Origin: Schmidtea nova
Lineage: Eukaryota
Direction of reading: 5' to 3'
Assembly (NCBI GenBank): GCA_044892505.1
Contig: CM097882.1
Span: 397,234,001 to 397,298,000, forward strand
Length of the DNA: 64,000 nt
In this document: piece after piece, positions 1-13,300 of the stretch
Position numbering within the stretch: the stretch's first letter is position 1
Layout: every line of letters starts with the position of its first letter
Notes under the pieces: generated by a model
Seen by the model: the letters and a program-made list of their open reading frames with translations, nothing else
Told to the model about the DNA's origin: nothing
Databases searched by the model: none
Made by a program: the position numbers and the translations under genes

Positions 1-473
1 TGAAGTTAGACATGAAGTGAAAAATTATCTTCGATAATAGTCTAATGATAATTTAATTGTTAGTAATCAGAAAATGGCATCTCGATTGAAAAAATTGGTT
101 AAAATATATAACTACTAAAAATGGATATGATTGTTAATTTGGAAAAAAAATCGAAAATCAAATATATGTGGTCTTTCGTAATCAATTAGATTACAGGAAT
201 AAAATCCTGGATCTTTAATAAAATAAGAAGCATCATCAAGTTTAAGTATTCAAAAAGAAAATTTACTCTAGCAGGTAATATTTTTTCCCAGTGTTTTGAA
301 GATGTTGTATGAGATAATTATCGTTGAAAACAAGCTTACATTACTTTTTCACTTGACACAAATTTGTTACTAATGACAATTTTCCATAATTGATAAAAAC
401 ATTTTAGAAGAATGTTAATAGAGCCATACAAAAAAATCCAAATTTTTTTGGATTTAAAAAAATTAAATTTTAC

Positions 474-1342
474 CTGGTATTCCGGGAGTCGTAGTTCCAG
501 GTGTTGTAGATATAGTCGATGTACTTCCAGTAGTAGTTGTTACAGTAGGAGTTTGTGTTGTAGTAGATCTGGTCGTTGATTCAGTCGTTGATTCAGTCGT
601 TGATCCAGTCGTCGATTCAGTCGTTGATCCAGTCGTTGATTCAGTCGTTGATCCAGTCGTCGATTCAGTCGTTGATCCAATCGTTGATCCAGTCGTTGAT
701 CCAGTCGATGAACTTCCAGAGGTAGTTGTTTCTGACGTTGTACTTAAACCAGTAGTTGTTACAGTAGGAGTTTGAGTTGATGTAGTTCCAGTTGTTGTAG
801 TTCCAGTTGTTGTAGTTCCAGTTGTTGTAGTTCCAGTTGTGGTTGATTCAGTCGGAGTTGTAGTAATTACGGTTGTTGTTTCTTTTTCTCCGCAACCTTC
901 GATTGTTACTTTCAATGTCACTTTCTCTTTGGGTGATGACAAAGTAATTGTAATTTTTATAGCTACCACTTTCTCGACAACCCTCTCAATTTCCTCGTAT
1001 TCCTTTATGTATGTGACAGTGAGACCGGTTTCCAATGGTTTGTATTCCTTTTCGTTCTCATAAAGTACAAGCACACTGAAAAATATATTTTCCATAATTT
1101 TCGATCTTCAATATCTTGAATAAAATCTTACTTGAATGTTTGGATATTGACTATATTTTCAAATTTGATTTTCGTAACGATGACTGGTTTGTAGAATTTT
1201 ATTTCAAATTTCGGTTCTGTTTTAATTACAGTTGCATTCCAGGTGTCAGTTATGAGACTTGTTTCAGATGTTCCTTTTTCTGGTACAACAATTTCTTTCA
1301 CATACTCTTTTGTTGAAATCAAAACAGGCTTTTCCTTGCAAC
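474..1342 (-). CDS. Array 1 cassette (1342-1132, 1075-474)
   Basis: 211 + 602 = 813 nt = 271 codons. Junctions G|GT (Gly), AA|T (Asn), G|. Intron 1076-1131 is 56 nt. Confidence 0.9.
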
Positions 1343-4300
1343 CTGAAATGAGTTAAGGTTGTGAATTATATTTGCTCAATCGTGAATGTGTAAACAATTA
1401 CCTTAAGGTTAATTTTTGTATTTTATTTTATTTTTAATTCGGTATGATTTTATTTAATTACCATGAACTTTTATTTGATTTACGGAAAATTTAATTTTTG
1501 TTTAAAATTGTCAAAATTATTTAAGAAAAAATGAAAGAAATTTGAAAATAATATAAAAATATTGTTTAATTTTGGAGTTTTATTTAATGTGGAAAATCCA
1601 AATCTTTTAAATTCTCCTTATTCCGACATAAATTGTGGCAGAGCGAAACTTCATTGTAAATCTGAGTCATCGAATTGAGATTTATCAGAAAACATTTAAA
1701 ATGCAAGCTGATCAGATTATACAATCAATTATCGAACAATCCTTTCTATATTTAACTGTCTTTGTTGAAGTTAGACATGAAGTGAAAAATTATCTTCGAT
1801 AATAGTCTAATGATAATTTAATTGTTAGTAATCAGAAAATGGCATCTCGATTGAAAAAATTGGTTAAAATATATAACTACTAAAAATGGATATGATTGTT
1901 AATTTGGAAAAAAAATCGAAAATCAAATATATGTGGTCTTTCGTAATCAATTAGATTACAGGAATAAAATCCTGGATCTTTAATAAAATAAGAAGCATCA
2001 TCAAGTTTAAGTATTCAAAAAGAAAATTTACTCTAGCAGGTAATATTTTTTCCCAGTGTTTTGAAGATGTTGTATGAGATAATTATCGTTGAAAACAAGC
2101 TTACATTACTTTTTCACTTGACACAAATTTGTTACTAATGACAATTTTCCATAATTGATAAAAACATTTTAGAAGAATGTTAATAGAGCCATACAAAAAA
2201 ATCCAAATTTTTTTGGATTTAAAAAAATTAAATTTTACCTGGTATTCCGGGAGTCGTAGTTCCAGGTGTTGTAGATATAGTCGATGTACTTCCAGTAGTA
2301 GTTGTTACAGTAGGAGTTTGTGTTGTAGTAGATCTGGTCGTTGATTCAGTCGTTGATCCAGTTGTTGATCCAGTCGTCGATTCAGTCGTTGATCCAATCG
2401 TTGATCCAGTCGATGAACTTCCAGAGGTAATTGTTTCTGACGTTGTACTTAAACCAGTAGTTGTTACAGTAGGAGTTTGAGTTGATGTAGTTCCAGTTGT
2501 TGTAGTTCCAGTTGTTGTAGTTCCAGTTGTTGTAGTTCCAGTTGTGGTTGATTCAGTCGGAGTTGTAGTAATTACGGTTGTTGTTTCTTTTTCTCCGCAA
2601 CCTTCGATTGTTACTTTCAATGTCACTTTCTCTTTGGGTGATGACAAAGTAATTGTAATTTTTATAGCTACCACTTTTTCGACAACCCTCTCAATTTCCT
2701 CGTATTCCTTTATGTATGTGACAGTGAGACCGGTTTCAAATGGTTTGTATTCCTTTTCGTTCTCATAAAGTACAAGCACACTGAAAAATATATTTTCCAT
2801 AATTTTCGATCTTCAATATCTTGAATAAAATCTTACTTGAATGTTTGGATATTGACTATATTTTCAAATTTGATTTTCGTAACGATGACTGGTTTGTAGA
2901 ATTTTATTTCAAATTTCGGTTCTGTTTTAATTACAGTTGCATTCCAGGTGTCAGTTATGAGACTTGTTTCAGATGTTCCTTTTTCTGGTACAACAATTTC
3001 TTTCACATACTCTTTTGTTGAAATCAAAACAGGCTTTTCCTTGCAACCTGAAATGAGTTAAGGTTGTGAATTATATTTGCTCAATCGTGAATGTGTAAAC
3101 AATTACCTTAAGGTTAATTTTTGTATTTTATTTTATTTTTAATTCGGTATGATTTTATTTAATTACCATGAACTTTTATTTGATTTACGGAAAATTTAAT
3201 TTTTGTTTAAAATTGTCAAAATTATTTAAGAAAAAATGAAAGAAATTTGAAAATAATATAAAAATATTGTTTAATTTTGGAGTTTTATTTAATGTGGAAA
3301 ATCCAAATCTTTTAAATTCTCCTTATTCCGACATAAATTGTGGCAGAGCGAAACTTCATTGAAACTGAGTCATCGAATTGAGATTTATCAGAAAACATTT
3401 AAAATGCAAGCTGATCAGATTATACAATCAATTATCGAACAATCCTTTCTATATTTAACTGTCTTTGTTGAAGTTAGACATGAAGTGAAAAATTATCTTC
3501 GATAATAGTCTAATGATAATTTAATTGTTAGTAATCAGAAAATGGCATCTCGATTGAAAAAATTGGTTAAAATATATAACTACTAAAAATGGATATGATT
3601 GTTAATTTGGAAAAAAAATCGAAAATCAAATATATGTGGTCTTTCGTAATCAATTAGATTAGAGGAATAAAATCCTGGATCTTTTATAAAATAAGAAGCA
3701 TCATCAAGTTTAAGTATTCAAAAAGAAAATTTACTCTAGCAGGTAATATTTTTTCCCAGTGTTTTGAAGATGTTGTATGAGATAATTATCGTTGAAAACA
3801 AGCTTACATTACTTTTTCACTTGACACAAATTTGTTACTAATGACAATTTTCCATAATTGATAAAAACATTTTAGAAGAATGTTAATAGAGCCATACAAA
3901 AAAATCCAAATTTTTTTGGATTTAAAAAAATTAAATTTTACCTGGTATTCCGGGAGTCGTAGTTCCAGGTGTTGTAGATATAGTCGATGTACTTCCAGTA
4001 GTAGTTGTTACAGTAGGAGTTTGTGTTGTAGTAGATCTGGTCGTTGATTCAGTCGTTGATTCAGTCGTTGATCCAGTCGTCGATTCAGTCGTTGATCCAG
4101 TCGTTGATTCAGTCGTTGATCCAGTCGTCGATTCAGTCGTTGATCCAATCGTTGATCCAGTCGTTGATCCAGTCGATGAACTTCCAGAGGTAGTTGTTTC
4201 TGACGTTGTACTTAAACCAGTAGTTGTTACAGTAGGAGTTTGAGTTGATGTAGTTCCAGTTGTTGTAGTTCCAGTTGTTGTAGTTCCAGTTGTTGTAGTT

Positions 4301-7300
4301 CCAGTTGTGGTTGATTCAGTCGGAGTTGTAGTAATTACGGTTGTTGTTTCTTTTTCTCCGCAACCTTCGATTGTTACTTTCAATGTCACTTTCTCTTTGG
4401 GTGATGACAAAGTAATTGTAATTTTTATAGCTACCACTTTCTCGACAACCCTCTCAATTTCCTCGTATTCCTTTATGTATGTGACAGTGAGACCGGTTTC
4501 CAATGGTTTGTATTCCTTTTCGTTCTCATAAAGTACAAGCACACTGAAAAATATATTTTCCATAATTTTCGATCTTCAATATCTTGAATAAAATCTTACT
4601 TGAATGTTTGGATATTGACTATATTTTCAAATTTGATTTTCGTAACGATGACTGGTTTGTAGAATTTTATTTCAAATTTCGGTTCTGTTTTAATTACAGT
4701 TGCATTCCAGGTGTCAGTTATGAGACTTGTTTCAGATGTTCCTTTTTCTGGTACAACAATTTCTTTCACATACTCTTTTGTTGAAATCAAAACAGGCTTT
4801 TCCTTGCAACCTGAAATGAGTTAAGGTTGTGAATTATATTTGCTCAATCGTGAATGTGTAAACAATTACCTTAAGGTTAATTTTTGTATTTTATTTTATT
4901 TTTAATTCGGTATGATTTTATTTAATTACCATGAACTTTTATTTGATTTACGGAAAATTTAATTTTTGTTTAAAATTGTCAAAATTATTTAAGAAAAAAT
5001 GAAAGAAATTTGAAAATAATATAAAAATATTGTTTAATTTTGGAGTTTTATTTAATGTGGAAAATCCAAATCTTTTAAATTCTCCTTATTCCGACATAAA
5101 TTGTGGCAGAGCGAAACTTCATTGTAAATCTGAGTCATCGAATTGAGATTTATCAGAAAACATTTAAAATGCAAGCTGATCAGATTATACAATCAATTAT
5201 CGAACAATCCTTTCTATATTTAACTGTCTTTGTTGAAGTTAGACATGAAGTGAAAAATTATCTTCGATAATAGTCTAATGATAATTTAATTGTTAGTAAT
5301 CAGAAAATGGCATCTCGATTGAAAAAATTGGTTAAAATATATAACTACTAAAAATGGATATGATTGTTAATTTGGAAAAAAAATCGAAAATCAAATATAT
5401 GTGGTCTTTCGTAATCAATTAGATTACAGGAATAAAATCCTGGATCTTTAATAAAATAAGAAGCATCATCAAGTTTAAGTATTCAAAAAGAAAATTTACT
5501 CTAGCAGGTAATATTTTTTCCCAGTGTTTTGAAGATGTTGTATGAGATAATTATCGTTGAAAACAAGCTTACATTACTTTTTCACTTGACACAAATTTGT
5601 TACTAATGACAATTTTCCATAATTGATAAAAACATTTTAGAAGAATGTTAATAGAGCCATACAAAAAAATCCAAATTTTTTTGGATTTAAAAAAATTAAA
5701 TTTTACCTGGTATTCCGGGAGTCGTAGTTCCAGGTGTTGTAGATATAGTCGATGTACTTCCAGTAGTAGTTGTTACAGTAGGAGTTTGTGTTGTAGTAGA
5801 TCTGGTCGTTGATTCAGTCGTTGATTCAGTCGTTGATCCAGTCGTCGATTCAGTCGTTGATCCAGTCGTTGATTCAGTCGTTGATCCAGTCGTCGATTCA
5901 GTCGTTGATCCAATCGTTGATCCAGTCGTTGATCCAGTCGATGAACTTCCAGAGGTAGTTGTTTCTGACGTTGTACTTAAACCAGTAGTTGTTACAGTAG
6001 GAGTTTGAGTTGATGTAGTTCCAGTTGTTGTAGTTCCAGTTGTTGTAGTTCCAGTTGTTGTAGTTCCAGTTGTGGTTGATTCAGTCGGAGTTGTAGTAAT
6101 TACGGTTGTTGTTTCTTTTTCTCCGCAACCTTCGATTGTTACTTTCAATGTCACTTTCTCTTTGGGTGATGACAAAGTAATTGTAATTTTTATAGCTACC
6201 ACTTTCTCGACAACCCTCTCAATTTCCTCGTATTCCTTTATGTATGTGACAGTGAGACCGGTTTCCAATGGTTTGTATTCCTTTTCGTTCTCATAAAGTA
6301 CAAGCACACTGAAAAATATATTTTCCATAATTTTCGATCTTCAATATCTTGAATAAAATCTTACTTGAATGTTTGGATATTGACTATATTTTCAAATTTG
6401 ATTTTCGTAACGATGACTGGTTTGTAGAATTTTATTTCAAATTTCGGTTCTGTTTTAATTACAGTTGCATTCCAGGTGTCAGTTATGAGACTTGTTTCAG
6501 ATGTTCCTTTTTCTGGTACAACAATTTCTTTCACATACTCTTTTGTTGAAATCAAAACAGGCTTTTCCTTGCAACCTGAAATGAGTTAAGGTTGTGAATT
6601 ATATTTGCTCAATCGTGAATGTGTAAACAATTACCTTAAGGTTAATTTTTGTATTTTATTTTATTTTTAATTCGGTATGATTTTATTTAATTACCATGAA
6701 CTTTTATTTGATTTACGGAAAATTTAATTTTTGTTTAAAATTGTCAAAATTATTTAAGAAAAAATGAAAGAAATTTGAAAATAATATAAAAATATTGTTT
6801 AATTTTGGAGTTTTATTTAATGTGGAAAATCCAAATCTTTTAAATTCTCCTTATTCCGACATAAATTGTGGCAGAGCGAAACTTCATTGTAAATCTGAGT
6901 CATCGAATTGAGATTTATCAGAAAACATTTAAAATGCAAGCTGATCAGATTATACAATCAATTATCGAACAATCCTTTCTATATTTAACTGTCTTTGTTG
7001 AAGTTAGACATGAAGTGAAAAATTATCTTCGATAATAGTCTAATGATAATTTAATTGTTAGTAATCAGAAAATGGCATCTCGATTGAAAAAATTGGTTAA
7101 AATATATAACTACTAAAAATGGATATGATTGTTAATTTGGAAAAAAAATCGAAAATCAAATATATGTGGTCTTTCGTAATCAATTAGATTACAGGAATAA
7201 AATCCTGGATCTTTAATAAAATAAGAAGCATCATCAAGTTTAAGTATTCAAAAAGAAAATTTACTCTAGCAGGTAATATTTTTTCCCAGTGTTTTGAAGA

Positions 7301-10300
7301 TGTTGTATGAGATAATTATCGTTGAAAACAAGCTTACATTACTTTTTCACTTGACACAAATTTGTTACTAATGACAATTTTCCATAATTGATAAAAACAT
7401 TTTAGAAGAATGTTAATAGAGCCATACAAAAAAATCCAAATTTTTTTGGATTTAAAAAAATTAAATTTTACCTGGTATTCCGGGAGTCGTAGTTCCAGGT
7501 GTTGTAGATATAGTCGATGTACTTCCAGTAGTAGTTGTTACAGTAGGAGTTTGTGTTGTAGTAGATCTGGTCGTTGATTCAGTCGTTGATTCAGTCGTTG
7601 ATCCAGTCGTCGATTCAGTCGTTGATCCAGTCGTTGATTCAGTCGTTGATCCAGTCGTCGATTCAGTCGTTGATCCAATCGTTGATCCAGTCGTTGATCC
7701 AGTCGATGAACTTCCAGAGGTAGTTGTTTCTGACGTTGTACTTAAACCAGTAGTTGTTACAGTAGGAGTTTGAGTTGATGTAGTTCCAGTTGTTGTAGTT
7801 CCAGTTGTTGTAGTTCCAGTTGTTGTAGTTCCAGTTGTGGTTGATTCAGTCGGAGTTGTAGTAATTACGGTTGTTGTTTCTTTTTCTCCGCAACCTTCGA
7901 TTGTTACTTTCAATGTCACTTTCTCTTTGGGTGATGACAAAGTAATTGTAATTTTTATAGCTACCACTTTCTCGACAACCCTCTCAATTTCCTCGTATTC
8001 CTTTATGTATGTGACAGTGAGACCGGTTTCCAATGGTTTGTATTCCTTTTCGTTCTCATAAAGTACAAGCACACTGAAAAATATATTTTCCATAATTTTC
8101 GATCTTCAATATCTTGAATAAAATCTTACTTGAATGTTTGGATATTGACTATATTTTCAAATTTGATTTTCGTAACGATGACTGGTTTGTAGAATTTTAT
8201 TTCAAATTTCGGTTCTGTTTTAATTACAGTTGCATTCCAGGTGTCAGTTATGAGACTTGTTTCAGATGTTCCTTTTTCTGGTACAACAATTTCTTTCACA
8301 TACTCTTTTGTTGAAATCAAAACAGGCTTTTCCTTGCAACCTGAAATGAGTTAAGGTTGTGAATTATATTTGCTCAATCGTGAATGTGTAAACAATTACC
8401 TTAAGGTTAATTTTTGTATTTTATTTTATTTTTAATTCGGTATGGTTTTATTTAATTACCATGAACTTTTATTTGATTTACGGAAAATTTAATTTTTGTT
8501 TAAAATTGTCAAAATTATTTAAGAAAAAATGAAAGAAATTTGAAAATAATATAAAAATATTGTTTAATTTTGGAGTTTTATTTAATGTGGAAAATCCAAA
8601 TCTTTTAAATTCTCCTTATTCCGACATAAATTGTGGCAGAGCGAAACTTCATTGAAACTGAGTCATCGAATTGAGATTTATCAGAAAACATTTAAAATGC
8701 AAGCTGATCAGATTATACAATCAATTATCGAACAATCCTTTCTATATTTAACTGTCTTTGTTGAAGTTAGACATGAAGTGAAAAATTATCTTCGATAATA
8801 GTCTAATGATAATTTAATTGTTAGTAATCAGAAAATGGCATCTCGATTGAAAAAATTGGTTAAAATATATAACTACTAAAAATGGATATGATTGTTAATT
8901 TGGAAAAAAAATCGAAAATCAAATATATGTGGTCTTTCGTAATCAATTAGATTACAGGAATAAAATCCTGGATCTTTTATAAAATAAGAAGCATCATCAA
9001 GTTTAAGTATTCAAAAAGAAAATTTACTCTAGCAGGTAATATTTTTTCCCAGTGTTTTGAAGATGTTGTATGAGATAATTATCGTTGAAAACAAGCTTAC
9101 ATTACTTTTTCACTTGACACAAATTTGTTACTAATGACAATTTTCCATAATTGATAAAAACATTTTAGAAGAATGTTAATAGAGCCATACAAAAAAATCC
9201 AAATTTTTTTGGATTTAAAAAAATTAAATTTTACCTGGTATTCCGGGAGTCGTAGTTCCAGGTGTTGTAGATATAGTCGATGTACTTCCAGTAGTAGTTG
9301 TTACAGTAGGAGTTTGTGTTGTAGTAGATCTGGTCGTTGATTCAGTCGTTGATTCAGTCGTTGATCCAGTCGTTGATTCAGTCGTTGATCCAGTCGTCGA
9401 TTCAGTCGTTGATCCAATCGTTGATCCAGTCGATGAACTTCCAGAGGTAGTTGTTTCTGACGTTGTACTTAAACCAGTAGTTGTTACAGTAGGAGTTTGA
9501 GTTGATGTAGTTCCAGTTGTAGTAGTTCCAGTTGTTGTAGTTCCAGTTGTTGTATTTCCAGTTGTGGTTGATTCAGTCGGAGTTGTAGTAATTACGGTTG
9601 TAGTTTCTTTTTCTCCGCAACCTTCGATTGTTACTTTCAATGTCACTTTCTCTTTGGGTGATGACAAAGTAATTGTAATTTTTATAGCTACCACTTTCTC
9701 GACAACCCTCTCAATTTCCTCGTATTCCTTTATGTATGTGACAGTGAGACCGGTTTCCAATGGTTTGTATTCCTTTTCGTTCTCATAAAGTACAAGCACA
9801 CTGAAAAATATATTTTCCATAATTTTCGATCTTCAATATCTTGAATAAAATCTTACTTGAATGTTTGGATATTGACTATATTTTCAAATTTGATTTTCGT
9901 AACGATGACTGGTTTGTAGAATTTTATTTCAAATTTCGGTTCTGTTTTAATTACAGTTGCATTCCAGGTGTCAGTTATGAGACTTGTTTCAGATGTTCCT
10001 TTTTCTGGTACAACAATTTCTTTCACATACTCTTTTGTTGAAATCAAAACAGGCTTTTCCTTGCAACCTGAAATGAGTTAAGGTTGTGAATTATATTTGC
10101 TCAATCGTGAATGTGTAAACAATTACCTTAAGGTTAATTTTTGTATTTTATTTTATTTTTAATTCGGTATGATTTTATTTAATTACCATGAACTTTTATT
10201 TGATTTACGGAAAATTTAATTTTTGTTTAAAATTGTCAAAATTATTTAAGAAAAAATGAAAGAAATTTGAAAATAATATAAAAATATTGTTTAATTTTGG

Positions 10301-13300
10301 AGTTTTATTTAATGTGGAAAATCCAAATCTTTTAAATTCTCCTTATTCCGACATAAATTGTGGCAGAGCGAAACTTCATTGTAAAACTGAGTCATCGAAT
10401 TGAGATTTATCAGAAAACATTTAAAATGCAAGCTGATCAGATTATACAATCAATTATCGAACAATCCTTTCTATATTTAACTGTCTTTGTTGAAGTTAGA
10501 CATGAAGTGAAAAATTATCTTCGATAATAGTCTAATGATAATTTAATTGTTAGTAATCAGAAAATGGCATCTCGATTGAAAAAATTGGTTAAAATATATA
10601 ACTACTAAAAATGGATATGATTGTTAATTTGGAAAAAAAATCGAAAATCAAATATATGTGGTCTTTCGTAATCAATTAGATTACAGGAATAAAATCCTGG
10701 ATCTTTAATAAAATAAGAAGCATCATCAAGTTTAAGTATTCAAAAAGAAAATTTACTCTAGCAGGTAATATTTTTTCCCAGTGTTTTGAAGATGTTGTAT
10801 GAGATAATTATCGTTGAAAACAAGCTTACATTACTTTTTCACTTGACACAAATTTGTTACTAATGACAATTTTCCATAATTGATAAAAACATTTTAGAAG
10901 AATGTTAATAGAGCCATACAAAAAAATCCAAATTTTTTTGGATTTAAAAAAATTAAATTTTACCTGGTATTCCGGGAGTCGTAGTTCCAGGTGTTGTAGA
11001 TATAGTCGATGTACTTCCAGTAGTAGTTGTTACAGTAGGAGTTTGTGTTGTAGTAGATCTGGTCGTTGATTCAGTCGTTGATTCAGTCGTTGATCCAGTC
11101 GTCGATTCAGTCGTTGATCCAGTCGTTGATTCAGTCGTTGATCCAGTCGTCGATTCAGTCGTTGATCCAATCGTTGATCCAGTCGATGAACTTCCAGAGG
11201 TAGTTGTTTCTGACGTTGTACTTAAACCAGTAGTTGTTACAGTAGGAGTTTGAGTTGATGTAGTTCCAGTTGTTGTAGTTCCAGTTGTTGTAGTTCCAGT
11301 TGTGGTTGATTCAGTCGGAGTTGTAGTAATTACGGTTGTTGTTTCTTTTTCTCCGCAACCTTCGATTGTTACTTTCAATGTCACTTTCTCTTTGGGTGAT
11401 GACAAAGTAATTGTAATTTTTATAGCTACCACTTTCTCGACAACCCTCTCAATTTCCTCGTATTCCTTTATGTATGTGACAGTGAGACCGGTTTCCAATG
11501 GTTTGTATTCCTTTTCGTTCTCATAAAGTACAAGCACACTGAAAAATATATTTTCCATAATTTTCGATCTTCAATATCTTGAATAAAATCTTACTTGAAT
11601 GTTTGGATATTGACTATATTTTCAAATTTGATTTTCGTAACGATGACTGGTTTGTAGAATTTTATTTCAAATTTCGGTTCTGTTTTAATTACAGTTGCAT
11701 TCCAGGTGTCAGTTATGAGACTTGTTTCAGATGTTCCTTTTTCTGGTACAACAATTTCTTTCACATACTCTTTTGTTGAAATCAAAACAGGCTTTTCCTT
11801 GCAACCTGAAATGAGTTAAGGTTGTGAATTATATTTGCTCAATCGTGAATGTGTAAACAATTACCTTAAGGTTAATTTTTGTATTTTATTTTATTTTTAA
11901 TTCGGTATGATTTTATTTAATTACCATGAACTTTTATTTGATTTACGGAAAATTTAATTTTTGTTTAAAATTGTCAAAATTATTTAAGAAAAAATGAAAG
12001 AAATTTGAAAATAATATAAAAATATTGTTTAATTTTGGAGTTTTATTTAATGTGGAAAATCCAAATCTTTTAAATTCTCCTTATTCCGACATAAATTGTG
12101 GCAGAGCGAAACTTCATTGTAAAACTGAGTCATCGAATTGAGATTTATCAGAAAACATTTAAAATGCAAGCTGATCAGATTATACAATCAATTATCGAAC
12201 AATCCTTTCTATATTTAACTGTCTTTGTTGAAGTTAGACATGAAGTGAAAAATTATCTTCGATAATAGTCTAATGATAATTTAATTGTTAGTAATCAGAA
12301 AATGGCATCTCGATTGAAAAAATTGGTTAAAATATATAACTACTAAAAATGGATATGATTGTTAATTTGGAAAAAAAATCGAAAATCAAATATATGTGGT
12401 CTTTGGTAATCAATTAGATTACAGGAATAAAATCCTGGATCTTTAATAAAATAAGAAGCATCATCAAGTTTAAGTATTCAAAAAGAAAATTTACTCTAGC
12501 AGGTAATATTTTTTCCCAGTGTTTTGAAGATGTTGTATGAGATAATTATCGTTGAAAACAAGCTTACATTACTTTTTCACTTGACACAAATTTGTTACTA
12601 ATGACAATTTTCCATAATTGATAAAAACATTTTAGAAGAATGTTAATAGAGCCATACAAAAAAATCCAAATTTTTTTGGATTTAAAAAAATTAAATTTTA
12701 CCTGGTATTCCGGGAGTCGTAGTTCCAGGTGTTGTAGATATAGTCGATGTACTTCCAGTAGTAGTTGTTACAGTAGGAGTTTGTGTTGTAGTAGATCTGG
12801 TCGTTGATTCAGTCGTTGATTCAGTCGTTGATCCAGTCGTCGATTCAGTCGTTGATCCAGTCGTTGATCCAGTCGTTGATCCAGTCGTCGATTCAGTCGT
12901 TGATCCAATCGTTGATCCAGTCGATGAACTTCCAGTAGTAGTTGTTACAGTAGGAGTTTGTGTTGTAGTAGATCTGGTCGTTGATTCAGTCGTTGATTCA
13001 GTCGTTGATCCAGTCGTCGATTCAGTCGTTGATTTAGTCGTTGATCCAGTCGTCGATTCAGTCGTTGATCCAATCGTTGATCCAGTCGATGAACTTCCAG
13101 AGGTAGTAGTTTCTGACGTTGTACTTAAACCAGTAGTTGTTACAGTAGGAGTTTGAGTTGATGTAGTTCCAGTTGTTTTAGTTCCAGTTGTTGTAGTTCC
13201 AGTTGTTGTAGTTCCAGTTGTGGTTGATTCAGTCGGAGTTGTAGTAATTACGGTTGTTGTTTCTTTTTCTCCGCAACCTTCGATTGTTACTTTCAATGTC

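Noticed and set aside
540-850. Short periodic repeats as a CRISPR-like array
   Set aside because: 12/15-nt coding VNTR with no unique spacers, in a eukaryotic spliced gene.
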